Part shown: one piece after another, positions 49,057-63,429 of the stretch | Layout: each line of letters opens with the position of its first letter | Numbering within the stretch: position 1 is the stretch's first letter | Assembly: GCA_951406725.2 (NCBI GenBank) | Contig: OX597817.1 | Location: 47,492,001-47,556,000 of the forward strand | DNA from: Octopus vulgaris | Lineage: Eukaryota | Reading direction: 5' to 3' | Length of the DNA stretch: 64,000 bases | Program-made: the position numbers and the translations under genes | The notes under the pieces: model-generated | Told to the model about the DNA's origin: nothing | The model's database searches: none | What the model saw: only the letters and a program-made list of their open reading frames with translations

Positions 49057-49830
49057 ATCATCATCATCGTCATCGTTGTTGTCATCGTTTAATGTCTGCT
49101 TTCCATGCTGGCATGGGTTGGATGGTTTGACTGAGGACTGGCAAGTAAGAAGGCAGTGCCAGGCTCTAATCTGATCTGGCAAGGTGTCTACAGCTGGATG
49201 CCCTTCCTAACGCCAACCACCCTAAGAGTGTAGTGGGTGCTTTTTATATGTCACTGGCACAAGGGCCAGTCAGACAGCACTGACAACGATCATGCTCGAA
49301 TGGTGCTTTTTATGTGCCACTGGCATCGGTGCCAGTTAGGTGGTACTGGCAATGACCACGCTTAAATGGTGCTTTTTACGTGCCACCAGCACAGGAGCCA
49401 GTCAGGCAGCACTGGCATAGGCTATTGTTATGGTCTCACTTCACCCGCTGGGTCTTCTCAAGCACAGCATATCTCCAAAGGTCTTGGTCACTCGCCATTG
49501 CCTCCATGAGGCCCAACATTTGAAGGTTGCGCTTCACCACCTCATCCCATCAGTATATGTGACTGATGCCTGTGTCGTGTAAAGCACCTTGCAAGTGCTG
49601 AGACCTTTGGTAATGTGCTATGCTTGAGAAGACCCATCAAACCCAGTGAAATCATAGTCATGACAGATACTGGTGTCATGCCGGTGGCACGTAAGAGCAC
49701 CTACTACACTCTCAGAGCGGTTGGTGTTAGGAAGGGCATCCAGCTGTAGAAACTGTGCTACCCCTCAGTTTACCAGCCCTGGTCAAACCGTGCCAATCCA
49801 TGCCAGCATAGATAACGATGATGATGATAT
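49057..49830. mobile_element. Two RTE 3' copies in inverted, tail-out orientation
   Basis: Minus copy 49057-49550 and plus copy ~49560-49830, each ending in (ATG)n. Confidence 0.75.
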
Positions 49831-49840
49831 ATATATATAT

Positions 49841-49991
49841 CAATTGAAATACACAACTGAAAGAGCTACTAACAGTTTCATGCTATTATGATACTTGAAC
49901 AGGCATATTTATAAAATACGCTGTGTATATATTTCACAATATGCCTATTCAAGTACCATAATAGCATGAAACTATTAGTACTCTTTCAGTT
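49841..49991. repeat. Short fold-back element (second partial copy at 51960-52066)
   Basis: AACTGAAAGAG..TTTCATGCTATTATG.TACTTGAA.AGGCATATT with its reverse complement. Confidence 0.8.
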
Positions 49992-52344
49992 ATCCTTTCT
50001 GCCAAAGAGCATAGGCCCGAAACATCAAAGATTTTCCATTCTTCCCAAGCATTAAACTAATACACCTGCTTGTTGTTTCTACACCTGTCTTCATCTTATG
50101 TTTTCTGTAAATCGGACTACATAATATTAACCCATTACCATGGTGAAGTTCCTGAAGTAGATCCAACGGAGGTATACCACAACAGTGTATGACAACATGT
50201 AGCCTAAACTGTGTTGGTGCTCATTATTTGAACATACTAATCAACTTATATCAGTTTATCTAAATTATTTATTAATAAAATTATATATATATAAATATAT
50301 GTAAATATAGAATAGTGGTACAACAAGGCACCAATTTTTACTGGAAATAGTAGTCGACAATTTTACGACGCTATAGTAAAGCTTCACTGTATATATTCTG
50401 GCAAAGATGTGTGCGGGCAGCGAACATAAAAAATTTGCTCTTACCTCTAGGAAAAAGATTAGATAAATGGATAAGCCAGAATTGGATAATCTAGTACCTA
50501 GGTTTCAGACTCTTCAAATACGTTTGTTATCATAAATTTGATTAGTCTTCTTCAGCTAGGTTTACCTTGACAATATTTCAAATGTTGCTACATCAGTGAA
50601 AAAGTTTTCAATTAAAAAAATCAAATATTGCAATACAAATGTATTACTTATAGATGGTATATCTAACAACATCAAGGTTAAAAAGTAAAATGGAATTCTT
50701 TTCTTTACCTTGTATTTGTGTCAAGAATTTGATTTCTAAAGACCTCCTTGCATATAGCACCAAAAGACTGCACCAGAGCACCCTGTTCAGTATCAGGGTA
50801 TGTTTCTGAAAAAGACCAAAGAGGAAAGGCATAAAAAAAACATCATCCATCTTGCATCAAGATAAAATCAAAAAGGACAAAAACCATAGTTGAAATTCTC
50901 AAATATGTGTTGAAGCTATCGAGGCAGAATGTTGAGAGAAAACCTCACTGATGCAACTAACTGATATAAATATGTGTTGAGTACACTAAATCAGTATCAA
51001 GACTACCATGAGAAACTATTATCAATGACTACAAGTATGTTAGTAAGTGTTACCTCTTAAGCCCAAGGATTCATACGGCTGGTTACCTGGCTTCTATGGT
51101 GTATAAAGTGACCAAGATCACAAAATTTGCCCTGAACCAAGATGTCAATCTGTCATTGGGTTAACCATTTACAGCTGAGTGGACTGGAGCAATGTGAAAT
51201 GAAGTATTTTTCTCAAGAACTGCCCAGTCTGGGAATTGAAACCACAGTCTTGCGATCCAGAGTGCAACACTAACTTCTAGGCCAGTGGTTCCAAAACTTT
51301 TGTGGGCTGCCGCCCCCTTGGCACCAGGGCCATATTCCTAGTACCTCTGCACCAACTCACTACCACAAACATAGACAACTTTCTGCAGCAAATTCAAAGC
51401 AACTGCATTTCACAAATAAAACTTAACCTAATTGACCCATTATTTCGTTGTTTTGACATTGATCTCCCCCTTTTGACCACACCATTATTGCACCTACTTT
51501 TCTGAGGAAGGACTGGACTCTAGTGGTGCCCCTCAGCTTACCAGCCCTGGTCAAACCATCCCAACCCATGCCAGCATGGACAACAGATGTTACATGATGA
51601 TGATATATATATATATATATACACACACACAAAAATTCTATAATTATAAGCATAGTTATAATTAGGGTTCACCAAAAATAGCTTCACCACATACCAAAAT
51701 TTAGAAATAGCAGTTAAAATACTATTTCACTACCATAAGATATCTCCCAGACAGTAATACTCTCAACTCATGCAGGTAAAGAGAAAAAATAACAAATCCA
51801 CCCAGCTATTATTATTATTATTATATATATATTATATGTAGAAAAATACAAACTGGGACAAGAATGTAAAACATTTAGAAGACGATACAAAAAACACGGA
51901 CGGGACATTCGAAGCCTTCAATCTTCAGTCAAGAACCGGATCATCCTAGCAATTTCGATCAATTGACATACACAACTGAAAGAGCTACTATGCTTTTATG
52001 ATACTTGACCAGGCATATTTATAAAATACACTGTATATGTTTTACAATATGCCTGTTCAAGTACCACTGGATCTTTCCACTTCCTGCTTTGGGAAACCTT
52101 GTTCTAGGCTCTGCATCTTTGCATTGAGGACTTCAACAGGGATATAAATGTGTTGAACCCACTGAGATGGTGCTAACAAAAAACACTAATGGAACAAGGG
52201 TAACATCCTTCAGATGTTAGCCAAACCATCTCTTCACAGACTGATCTGTTATCTTGTACTTGTTTTAATCATTGGACTGTGGCCATGCTGGGGCACTCCT
52301 TCAAAGGGTTTCAGTCAAACAAATCAACCCCAGTTCTTATTTTT

Positions 52345-52492
52345 AACATTATTTACATTTGACGGATATTTGTCCTCATCTTGTTTGTTAACACGTTTCG
52401 GCTGATACATCCTCCGGCCTTCTTCAGGTGTCTTGGGGAAATCTTGAACCTGGGTTCTCATTCCTAAGGTATTTTGCGATGTTGTTGCTGTT

Positions 52493-52523
<31 letters not shown>

Positions 52524-52665
52524 TTATTATTGTTATTATTATTATCATTATCCTTATTATTATTGTTGTTGTTATTGTTATTATTATTATTATTCAGGTC
52601 ACTGCCTGAAATCGAACTCGGAATCTTGGGGTTAGTAGCCCGCACTCTTAACCACTACGCCATAT
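52345..52665 (-). mobile_element. tRNA-headed hammerhead element, second locus, inside a SINE A tail
   Basis: Head TGGCGTAGTGGTTAAGAG...GAGTTCGATTTC, (AAT/AAC)n, GACAC CTGAAGA A GGCCG..CAGCC GAAAC GTGTT. TCTTATTTTT is duplicated at 52335-52344 and 52672-52681. Confidence 0.75.
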
Positions 52666-52827
52666 GTATTATCTTATTTTTAAGTCAGGTATTTATTCTA
52701 AATTGGTTTCATTCACCAAACTGCTAAGTTACAGGGACATATGCAAAACAACACCAGTTGTCAAGCAACAGTGGTGGTGGGGAACAAGCACACGCACATA
52801 CGTAGCCTAATGGTTAGGGTGTAACAA

Positions 52828-53415
52828 GTGGTGGTGGTGGTATGCTACCGCTGTTTCAACTGCAGGAGGCAGAGGTAGTGAGGGTGGTGGTGCTGCTGTT
52901 GCTGGAGGTAGAGACGACAGTGGTGGTGATGGTGATGGTGGTGGTGGTGTTAGTGCTAGTGAAGGTAGAGGTAGTGGTAATGATGCTGATGGCAGTGGTG
53001 GTGGTGGTGGCGATGATGATGATGGTGGTGTTAGTGCCAGTCAATGTAGAGGTAGTGGTGGTGATGGTGGTGGTGCTGAGGACAATGATGGTGGTGGTGG
53101 TGTTAGTGCTGGTAAAGGCAGTAGTGGTGGTAGTGGTGGTGATGAATATGGTGATGGTGGTGTTAGTGCTGCTGAAGGTGGTGGTGGTGGCAGCAATGAT
53201 GATGATGGTTGTGGTGTTAGTGCTGGTAAATATAGAGGTACTGGTGGGTGGTAGTAGTGGTTGCGCTGATGCTGATGACGATGATGGTGGTGGTGGTGGT
53301 GTTAGTGCTGGTAAAGGTAGAAGTAGTGGTGTGGGTAGTGGTGGTGGTAGTGGTGGTGATGATGGTGGTGGTGGTGGTGTTAGTGCTGCTGAAGGTGGCA
53401 GTGGTGGTGGTGCCT
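52828..53415. repeat. (GGT)n-derived minisatellite with a ~60-90-bp higher-order unit
   Basis: Recurrent GTGGTGTTAGTGCTRGTRAAGGTAGAGGTAGTGG within GGT/GAT runs. Confidence 0.85.
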
Positions 53416-53770
53416 TGTGGTGTTCATGCCACTCTTGCTAAGCACTGATTATAAAAAAACACACACACACTCCGCTCTAACTCACAGAGGTGTGAGGCTT
53501 CAGATGATTGAGGCCTGAGGCGGTGAAGCATCGATGCATTTAGTCAAGGGGTTCAGTCCTTAACGCAAAGGTCACCATGTCTCTCGGTTTCCAACCTTTA
53601 AGAACAACAGGTAGCTTTCTAAATTCAAAGCTGCATCATTTTATTACTGTTGTTGTTATTTTTAACGTCATTATTACTACGTTATTATTATCCTTATTAT
53701 TATTATTATCATTATTATTTTTATTATTATTATCTCCCTCATCCTTCACCCTGGTGGCAAATAAGTGAAA

Positions 53771-53808
<38 letters not shown>

Positions 53809-53847
53809 GTCTCCCTCATCCTTCACCCTGGTTGCAAATAAATGAAA

Positions 53848-53881
<34 letters not shown>

Positions 53882-55013
53882 CATCATCATGATAAAAAAA
53901 TAGGGAGCTTTTAACCTGAAAAATACTTTGCAATTTAACAGCACAATTCATGCAAATGCTGAAATTTACAAAATTCATCTAAATTCATAGCATCACTGCA
54001 GAAAATTGCACAAATATTTACCGAAATTTATACATAACAAAAAAAAAATAAACAATGACAACAACAACAACAATACTGATGATGATGATGATATTGATAA
54101 TAATAAATTGACAAGGAAACAAATGATAAGCGAATGCGTAGATATACATATTGTTATGTAAACAACTCCCTCATTGAAAATCAAATCAAATTGCAACAAC
54201 CGAAGATGGAAGACAATGAAAATTGGCGAAGAGAGACGAGGAGGAGGAAAAAGAAAGGTAAAAAGCATAGAAGTAGACATTGAGGTATCCATCCACCCGC
54301 CTCCACCAACACCGCCACTGCCGCCACCATCAGGTTGAACTGAAACCCCAAGTGAAAAATCTAAAATTACGTATTCATGGTAAATGATAGAATATAACAG
54401 TAAAAGAAGCCAAATTTTACAACAGCTTGTCAAAAATGGGCAAATGCCAGGGCCCTCGAAAGTTGTCTCCTGATTCGATTTCTCAAAATAGATTCTTCCA
54501 TTTGGAGAGTCCACAATTCCAGCAAGTCACTTGCCAACCGGTAACTTCTCGAAAAATTTCTTTTTATGCTGTATGCTTGGATATATAAACACATACTTAT
54601 ATACATACATACATACATGAATATATATATATATACATATACACAGACATACACACATACATATATATACTTACAGATAAACAGACATACACATACACAA
54701 ATATATATATATATATACATACATATACGCATACATACACATGTATATGCATATATATATATATATACATATGCACGTACATACACATCATCATCGTTTA
54801 ACATCCACTTTCCATGCATATGCATATCCCTCTCTCTCTTTCGGAGAGGCACTGAGCAGCTATACGCACACATACACACACGGCAGTAACTTCCACCTAC
54901 CGAATTCAATTACAAAGCTCCGGTCGGCTCATATATATATACATACAAACACATATATACATACATACACATCTATATGCATACTTATATATACATATAT
55001 ATATATATACTTT

Positions 55014-55047
<34 letters not shown>

Positions 55048-56286
55048 AACACAAATGTATATAAACATACATACATAGACACGCATAAAAAGACATTCAT
55101 GTGTGTATGTATATATATATACACACATACATACAAAGACATACATAAAAAGCATTCATATATATATATATATTATATTTATATATATACCTCACACATT
55201 GTATGTATGTATGCATGTATGTAGACACTCATCTGTAAGTATGTATGCACCTATGATTACATGCAAGAGCATACATATGCTTGCATGCCTAGTGCAGCCA
55301 TGCATACAAAAACCCATGTAAATGCATACTGAAGCTTGCATGTGTGCACACACATGTGTTTACTTGAGAAGAAATGAAAGAATGAAAGAAAGAGCAAAGA
55401 ACGCAGACATGTGCAAAAGCCAGAAAGAATACAGGAGGATGAAAGAACCAAGAAGATTAAAGGTGGAATGATAAACTAATCATATTTGTTGGTCTCTGCT
55501 GTATTATTGGCAACAAGTTCAGAAATATTGAAGAGGTGAAACGACTAGGTGGCTCAGGTATTTGACTACCAACACATAGGTCAGTGGTTCAAATGCCACT
55601 GCTGGCACTCTCTGCTGTCCTTGGGTAACGCAATTCTTCTCACGTCAGTTTGCCAAAATGAATAACATACGAGATCTTCCAAAGAAATATTTCTTGCAAA
55701 TAAAATCGATGACCTTCTTGGTGAGGGTAGGGTTAGGGGTCAGGGAATCAAGCAGAAGCTGGTGCCTTGAACCAGCAAGTTTCATGTCAGAATTAAATCG
55801 GTTTTGTAGGAATGGTTTTCAAGTTCTTGCTAAATCAAAGTTAGCCTTTCATCCATCCATGAAGAATAAAGTAAACAGAATGTAACTTGAAAGCAGGTGA
55901 CAGAAACTTAAACTATATATCTGTGTGTGTGTATGTGTGTGTGTGTGTGTGTGTGTATCTGTAAATATAATAAAAGAACGAAAGAGATAGGGGTATAACA
56001 AAAATCTTCCATTAAGATTTGTGGTTAAATTAATGAGTAAGATAAATATTTATAATGAATTAGCCATTTTCAATGAGTGTGCAGCAGCCAGAATATATGC
56101 CCCTGATAGATAAATTCCTCTATTTACATAATATCAAGGTCTCTTTCATTCTTTTGTTGTCTTACCATTTCTATCAATACATGTATGCATGTAAGTATTT
56201 ATGTATGTAGATAGATAGAGAGAGACAGACAGACAGACAGATAGATAACTTTAATAAAATTATATATCATGGACTCTCGTTAGATG

Positions 56287-56350
<64 letters not shown>

Positions 56351-57880
56351 CATACACACACACACATATATATATATGTGTGTATGACGATGTGTGTTTA
56401 TATAAATATATTTTGAGAAAAAGGAAGCAGTCAGAATTTTGGATTAACCTTTATTAATGCTTTTGTTCATTTACAAACTCGTCAAGACACAATAAAAATC
56501 GAAATTTTGATTTTGATTTTGTCTTGTCGAGTTTGTAAAGGAACAAAAGCGTTAATATATAGTTCAAATTTACAGCAAACAAAAGACCAAGACAAGTGAA
56601 GGAACAACAAGCAGGTGTAATAGTTTAACAGTCAGGAAGAATGGAAAAGTGTTTGACGTTTCGAGCCTATGCTCTTAAACAGAAAGGACTGAGAGGGAAA
56701 AAATGGAATAAGAACAAAAAAAAAACTTGAAAAAAAAGATGTGTAGGGATTAACAGTTCAACATGAATATATACATATATATTTTTTGCTTCTTGCTTCA
56801 TCCCTTGCTAGACAGGGCTGGGGTCATTCCATGTTAATGATCCCAGAGACATCATTGTGCATAGCACTGACCATGTCCACCAGTTCTCTGCCAGTTTCAC
56901 TGCATCCTCCATGTGTGCATGCATGTGTGTGTGTGTGTGTGCATATATGTGTGCATTTGTGTGCACCTACGTGTGTGTGCAAGTGTGCATGGGTGTCTGT
57001 GTGTGTTTGTTTTTCACCACTACTTGAGAACCGATGCTGGTTTGTTTATGTCCACTAAATCAACATTCAGTGTGTGTGTGCATGCACATATGTGTGTGTG
57101 TGTACCTACGTGTGTGCAAGTGTGCATGGGTGTCTAAGTCTGTGTTTGCTTCTCACCACTACTTGACAACCGATGTTGGTTTGTTTATGTCCGCTAACTC
57201 GGCATTCAGCGAAAGGGACAGATACAGTAAGTACCAGTCTTAAAACAAGGTAGGGTGCACCAGCATGGCCACTGTCCAACGACTGCAACAAGTAAAAGAT
57301 AAAAAGGTCCTGCAGCATAAACCAGTGCTTTGTCGTCATCCCAGCACTGCAAGCTTGGTAAAATGAATGTGAAATGTGAGGCGGGGAGGAGGGGGGACAG
57401 ACAGACAGACAAAGAGACAAACTGAGAAGACAGTGAAGCAGACAATATGAAGCAAAAGAGCACAGCACTTAGCTGGAGGTTGCTACATAAATGAATGTGT
57501 AAAGGAAAATGTATTTAAAAAGACAGAAGCTACATGTTATAGGTTACGCATTAACATTATGATATGGGAGATAAATGAAGAGGAGGTTGTGTGAGAGAGA
57601 GGGAGAGATTGTGAGAGAGAGAGAGAGAGAGCAAGAAAGAGAGGTAAAGCTAAAAGATCATGTATATGTACAAGCATATGTTTATATGTGTATCTCTCTC
57701 CCTTTATATATTATATATAAATATGAGTATGCGTGAGTGTGTATGTGTGAATATATATATATGTACATACATATATGATTACCTATTTATTTATATATAC
57801 ATATGTGCATATGTATTTCTGTGTGTACATAGGTGTGTGTGTGTGTGTGTGCGTGTGTGTGTGTGTGTGTATGTAGATAC

Positions 57881-57935
<55 letters not shown>

Positions 57936-57983
57936 TATATATGCACATACATACATGATTACCTATTTATGTATATGTACATG

Positions 57984-58029
<46 letters not shown>

Positions 58030-59001
58030 TACATGATTACCTATTTATGTATATATGTATGTGTGCATATATTTATGTATGTATATATTTATGCATGTAT
58101 GTATGTATGTATGGGTGGATGTATGTATCTGTATATATATAAATGTGTGTGTGTGCTTATATATGCATATGCTCATACATTTATCTACATATAAATACAT
58201 ACACACATACACATGTTTACATATATGTATATCTAAATATATACCCACATAAATATATATATGTATTTATGTATGTATAAGTATATATGTGTGAACACAC
58301 ACACACACACAGAGTGAGTGAGTGTGAGAGAAAGAGTGTAGCATTTTACTGGAGGTTGCTGTAAAATGCAATCTTTTTTCTTGTGTATAGGTAAAGATTG
58401 GAGGAGAAGGACGAGGAGTTGTAAAAATGATATTACTGCCAAGTTGCAGCAGCAGCAGTAGCAGCAGTAGTAGTAGTAGTATCATCTTTGATCAAGCTGA
58501 TCTTCAGCATATGAATAATCATTTGAAATCTCGCAATCTCAATACCAGGCGTATTAAGTTTGGAATTGGTTAAAACTATATCCTGAGAGTATTTGTGCAC
58601 ACATGTGTGTGTGTGTGTGTCTATATGTGTGTGTGTGCGTATCTATATGTGTGTGTGCCTATATGTGTGTGTGTGTGTGTGCGTATCTATATGTGTGTGT
58701 CTATATGTGTGTGTTTAGTGAGTTTCTTTTGTGTTTTTGTAGTTTATTTTTTAACCTGATTACATCTATTTTTAAATCAACATTTTCATAGGCATCACAC
58801 CTGATATTGAGTACCGTTTCTTCCATTTGTTGCCATTAGCAACTTGTGTGTGGTGGGGGTGTATCATCATCATTTAACATCCACTTTTCTATGCTTGTAT
58901 AGGTCGAACAGAATTTGTTGATGCAAATTTTCTAGGGCCAGATGACCTTGTCACCAACACACACTTGTTTCCAAGTATGATAATATATATATATATATAT
59001 A

Positions 59002-59412
59002 CTAGCAGCTAAGCCTGGTTTCACCTGGACTGTTTGGATGATGTGGCTGTGATCGTTTTCGGTTAGGCATAATCTATAACAGCATTTCTCAACCTTATCA
59101 TTTCGGGTCCCCTGTTTCGATTGGAGCCTCCAGCTATATGAAAATTTCCTGACCCCACCCCGCCAGAAAACAGCTCCTAAGCAACTGGTTGTTTTAATGG
59201 CAGAAGAAAGAGGGAAATTCTATTAGTAAAAGTTTTAAGTGATTTTCTCGGTAAGTATGGGGGGTTATGAAAAAAATAGAAACTGCATTCCAATTTATGC
59301 ACCCGTCTCCACATGTGTGCCATTTTTCATGCAAATCCACCCAGCCGTTTGGCTGTGAACCTTGAGACAAGAAAGAATACAACGATCACCCGTGTCCAAT
59401 TTATATTATAGA
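59002..59412 (-). mobile_element. Non-autonomous Helitron
   Basis: The minus strand begins TCTATAATATAA and ends with the decayed hairpin CCAGGTGAAACCAGG shortly before CTAG. It sits between A and T with no TSD. Confidence 0.7.
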
Positions 59413-59419
59413 TAAAGAC

Positions 59420-59745
59420 TGCCCCCACCTTTGGTCATGAATGATCATGGGATTGCACCTAGAAAGTTCGCCTCCTAGGCTCAAATCCAGGCAAGGTTGT
59501 TTTATGGAAGACCAGCAGTCAGCCATATGTACCAGCCTCCCCTCTACACACCACCAATGTTATTCAAGGGAATCACAAAGACCAATATACAGCTTGACAC
59601 CAGTGACATTGCAACTCATTTCTACAGCTGTTGAGTGAACTGGGGCAACATGACAAAGTGTCTTGCTCAAGAACACAACACACAGCCTGGTCCAGGAATC
59701 AAACTCACTACCTCATGATTGTGAACCTGACACTAACCACTAACC
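59420..59745 (-). mobile_element. SINE family D
   Basis: Homologous to 32187-32495 (GGGATTGCACCTAGAAAGTT...GTGTCTTGCTCAAGAACACAAC). Confidence 0.8.
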
Positions 59746-60714
59746 CCTACAAAATATGTATACATTAGTAGCAGGCATTATATCTTGTGATAAAATCAAT
59801 CCTGTCCAAGAGATGATAGCATGGTAAAAATGAATGTTAAATGAACAATTCCCTGCCCAAATATTTGTTGCTCAATGTCTGCAGGAAAAATATGGGCAGT
59901 GGAGAGGGAACCTATATTCAGGACCTAATGCTTAGAACACAGTGATGCTTCCTCAAGGTGGTGTATTAGACCAAGTAGTATTGTTGATCCTGCTTTGGCA
60001 GCAAAACTTTGAGCCACTCCCATCACTGGTACATTGCTTCTTTATCTCTCTCCTATAAACAATTTTATATTTGTTAGAATTGATGTAATTAAATCAAAAC
60101 CATTTTACTTCTTCGACTTTCTAAACTCCCAACAAATATGAAAGGATACTGGCTGACACAGGATTAAACCTGTAATTTGGGAAAATGTTTTTACAGATAT
60201 GCCTGTAGAAAGTAGTGCAAACAAGAGTATGAGAGAGAGAAAAGACAAAGAATGAACTTTGCAATTTTATAAATGCTATGTCACAGTGAATTGAAATTTA
60301 TTTTCTGTTATTGAAATCTTCAATAGAAAAAGAAACTTGAAAACCACATTTTGATAATAAAAAATAATATTAAAATTAGAATTAAGAATTTTCTAGACTG
60401 TGTAGACTTTAATAAATTGCTTTTGTTTAGTAAAAGTTACATACTCCAAACTAATTAATAAGTGGCTTCCTTTGTTATAGTATACATACTTAATAGATCA
60501 TTGTTCTGCTGAACTTTCTCCTCTTGAACTTTCTCCTCTTAATTCTTAAGATTACAAAATGAGTGACTCATCCTCCTTATTAATTCTCATCCTTTCATTA
60601 CTATTCTCTCCTCTTGTAAGAAGAGTTTTAACTCAAGTCCTCAAATACTTGCCTCATGGGATCTCCTCCTTTCTTTTTTTTTTTCTTCTCTCCTCTTTTA
60701 TGTTTTATCTTTCA

Positions 60715-60935
60715 TCTTTTACTTGTTCCAGTCGTTGGACTGTGACCATGTTGGGGCACTACCTTGAAGGGTTTAGCCAAACATATCAACCCCTGTACTT
60801 ATTTCACATTTAAAGTCTGGTACTTATCTCTGTCTTTTTTAACCAAACTACTAGGTTATGGGGATGGAAACAAACCAACACTAGTTGTCAAGCAGTGGAA
60901 GTGACAGACACAGGCACATACAAATGCATACACAT

Positions 60936-60968
<33 letters not shown>

Positions 60969-61146
60969 GACATACACACAACAGGCTTTCATACAATTTC
61001 CATCCACCAAATTCATTCCTTAAGCATTTGTCAGCCTAGGACTACAGTAGAGGACATTTGGCCAAGGCACCAAGCAATGTGATTGAACCCAAAACCATTT
61101 AGTTACAAAGCAAGTTTCTTAACCACACAGCTATGCCTGCTCCTAT
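60715..61146 (-). mobile_element. Older diverged SINE family A copy
   Basis: Collinear with family A in reverse: tail, CA/TA run, head. Confidence 0.7.
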
Positions 61147-62637
61147 AATCTTAATTCTTTAAAATTTTGCATTGATTGTATTATGCTTTTCATAGCTCCT
61201 TCTCATGAGATTTTTTTCCCCCTTTTTCTTTTGTAACTCCCAACATATTAATTGGTTGCTATGAGCTTGTTTATGCTTGGGACCTGTTTTATTTCTGGTT
61301 GTTTGCTATCTTATTGAGAGTTAGTCGTAAAAGAAAAAAAAGGAAAGGAAAATGTCTGTTGGGTTTGCTTCCTAATATTAAGCCACCTATCTAAGAGTTA
61401 AATGCCTAACTGAAAGGTTAGGGACCATAAGGTCTCTAAGCACTTTAACCTTGTGTCCTGTCAAGCGTAATTAGCCAGCAACACACCAACACCCACCACA
61501 CTGCTCCTCATCACAAACAACAACAAGGATGTTATGTAAGGCCCAGAATAAAGTATCTTCTCATTGTTTATGATAATGATGCTGATTGAAGCAACAATCA
61601 GCCCATCTTGTTAATGCGTTGCTTGGAGTGACATCATCACGGCACAAAAACACTAACAAAACACGCCATAAAACGCAACACCTGCACAATTTCTCCATTC
61701 AATCTTTTATTGCTTACTACACCTCTTTACACTTCCGAACACGGAACTCCTCCAGCTGTGCTCTCTACAGATTTATAGAAATTTTGCTAAATGTACCTCT
61801 TTCAATAAATTCTCAATAACCCATACTGAATCTTTCTCTTTTACTGCCAGCAGATAAAAACATAGGCGATAAGAGAAGATTTGTGCCTTAAATTGCCGAT
61901 TTAACACTAGCATTTAAATTGGCCATGCCTTGCCAAAATATTCCACCTATTTTGTTATACAGTTCTATATTTAAGAGATGAGGAATTATGTGCATTATTT
62001 ACATTCGACGGATATTTACATTTACATTTGACGGATACATTCGACGGGTCTATCAGCCAAAACGTTGTGTTAACAACAAACAAGATGAGGACAAATATCC
62101 GTCAAATGTAAATAATGTCTATATTGTTATGTTTAAGCTGGCCAAATCTGGCCTCTCACACCTACCCTACAATGTCGTACTAAAAATAAACAATCACATC
62201 ATTGAAATCTTGAATCTTTGAGATAATGCATGATTAATTCAAAACAATGTAGATAAACAAGTATTATATCTGACAGAATAATTTGAATGCAAAAGGATTA
62301 AAAGAGAATACAGCAAAGAATCTTTATGCAATTTCTCTAAATCTTTGTGTGGTAAACCTAATCCAGTACCTGGTTTGACACCACCACCTAGCATTTTGGG
62401 TACTTTAAGCAGAGTTCATCTTCACAAACTTTCAGGCCAGGCCCCCAGTTTAAGGATACCTTCCTACCTCCCTCCCACCAGGCACAGAGACCCTGTTAAG
62501 AATCTAATTTGCCTTCTGACAAAAACGTTAAAAATATATAATCCCTAACGAGTATTTCAGTGACAACAAGCCAACCATGAAATACTTCTGAACTGTGCCT
62601 TGCCATGATACCTATTTGCTAGTAGATGGCTGAAATC

Positions 62638-62840
62638 ATTCATCATCATCATCATTTAATGTCCGTTTTCCGTGCTAGCACGAGTTGAATGGTTCGACCG
62701 GGGTCTGGGAAGCCAGGAGGCTGCACCAGGCTCCAGTCTGATCTGGCAGTGTTTCTACAGCTGGACACCCTTCCTAACGCCAACCACTCCATGAGTGTAG
62801 TGAGTGCTTTTTACGTGCCACTGGCACAGGCGCCAGGGGA
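62638..62840 (-). mobile_element. RTE 3'-end copy
   Basis: (CAT)n TTTAATGTCCGTTTTCCGTGCTAGCACG..., the same 3'UTR. Confidence 0.85.
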
Positions 62841-63429
62841 CGTAGAAATATAGCTAATTTACTGCACATAATTTTTAACAATTAAATCTTCTATGAGCCC
62901 CTAAGGGCCATGTGGACCTCAGTTGAGAACCACTGGTTTAAAATATTATATTAATTAGACTTTAGTGTTATGGCAATGACCATAAATCTCTCTTGGACTC
63001 ACAGACTATGTGACAGTTATGTTATCAAACAGAAAGACAACACGCCAATCTCATAATTCAACTTAGTATTTTTATTTTTTTATCTGCTGGGTGTGGAGGA
63101 AGGGGTGGTGCCAATGGTCTTTGCAGACCTTTCAAGACTGGTAAGGGTGATGCTGTTAATGTTCCATTTAAACTGTTGCAATTCAAGTTGCAACTCAACA
63201 CTTGCAGGGAAAACAAGAGCAGAGAAGAGATTTCTGCATGTGCATTTGTAAGTTTTGGGGTTTTAGTTATCAATTCACCTAAAGAGTATTTCAGTGACAA
63301 TCAACCAACCATGAAAACACTTCTAAACTGTGCCATGCCATGATTTATTAATTATTCACATAAATTTATTAATTATTAACATAGATTATTAACAAACATA
63401 ATAATGATTTATCATGTTTGTTGCTGTCA

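Noticed and set aside
49860-49991. Hammerhead-like spacing GC CTGTTCA A ... GAAAC TGTTA GTA GC in the fold-back
   Set aside because: The core has mismatches at positions 6 and 8, stem II is poor and stem I is 2 bp, so it is too degenerate to call.
52842-53448. 199-aa Val-rich and Gly-rich (GGVSAG) ORFs resembling structural proteins
   Set aside because: They arise from a (GGT)n minisatellite that is open in several frames, with a frame switch near 53250 and no signal peptide or splice context.
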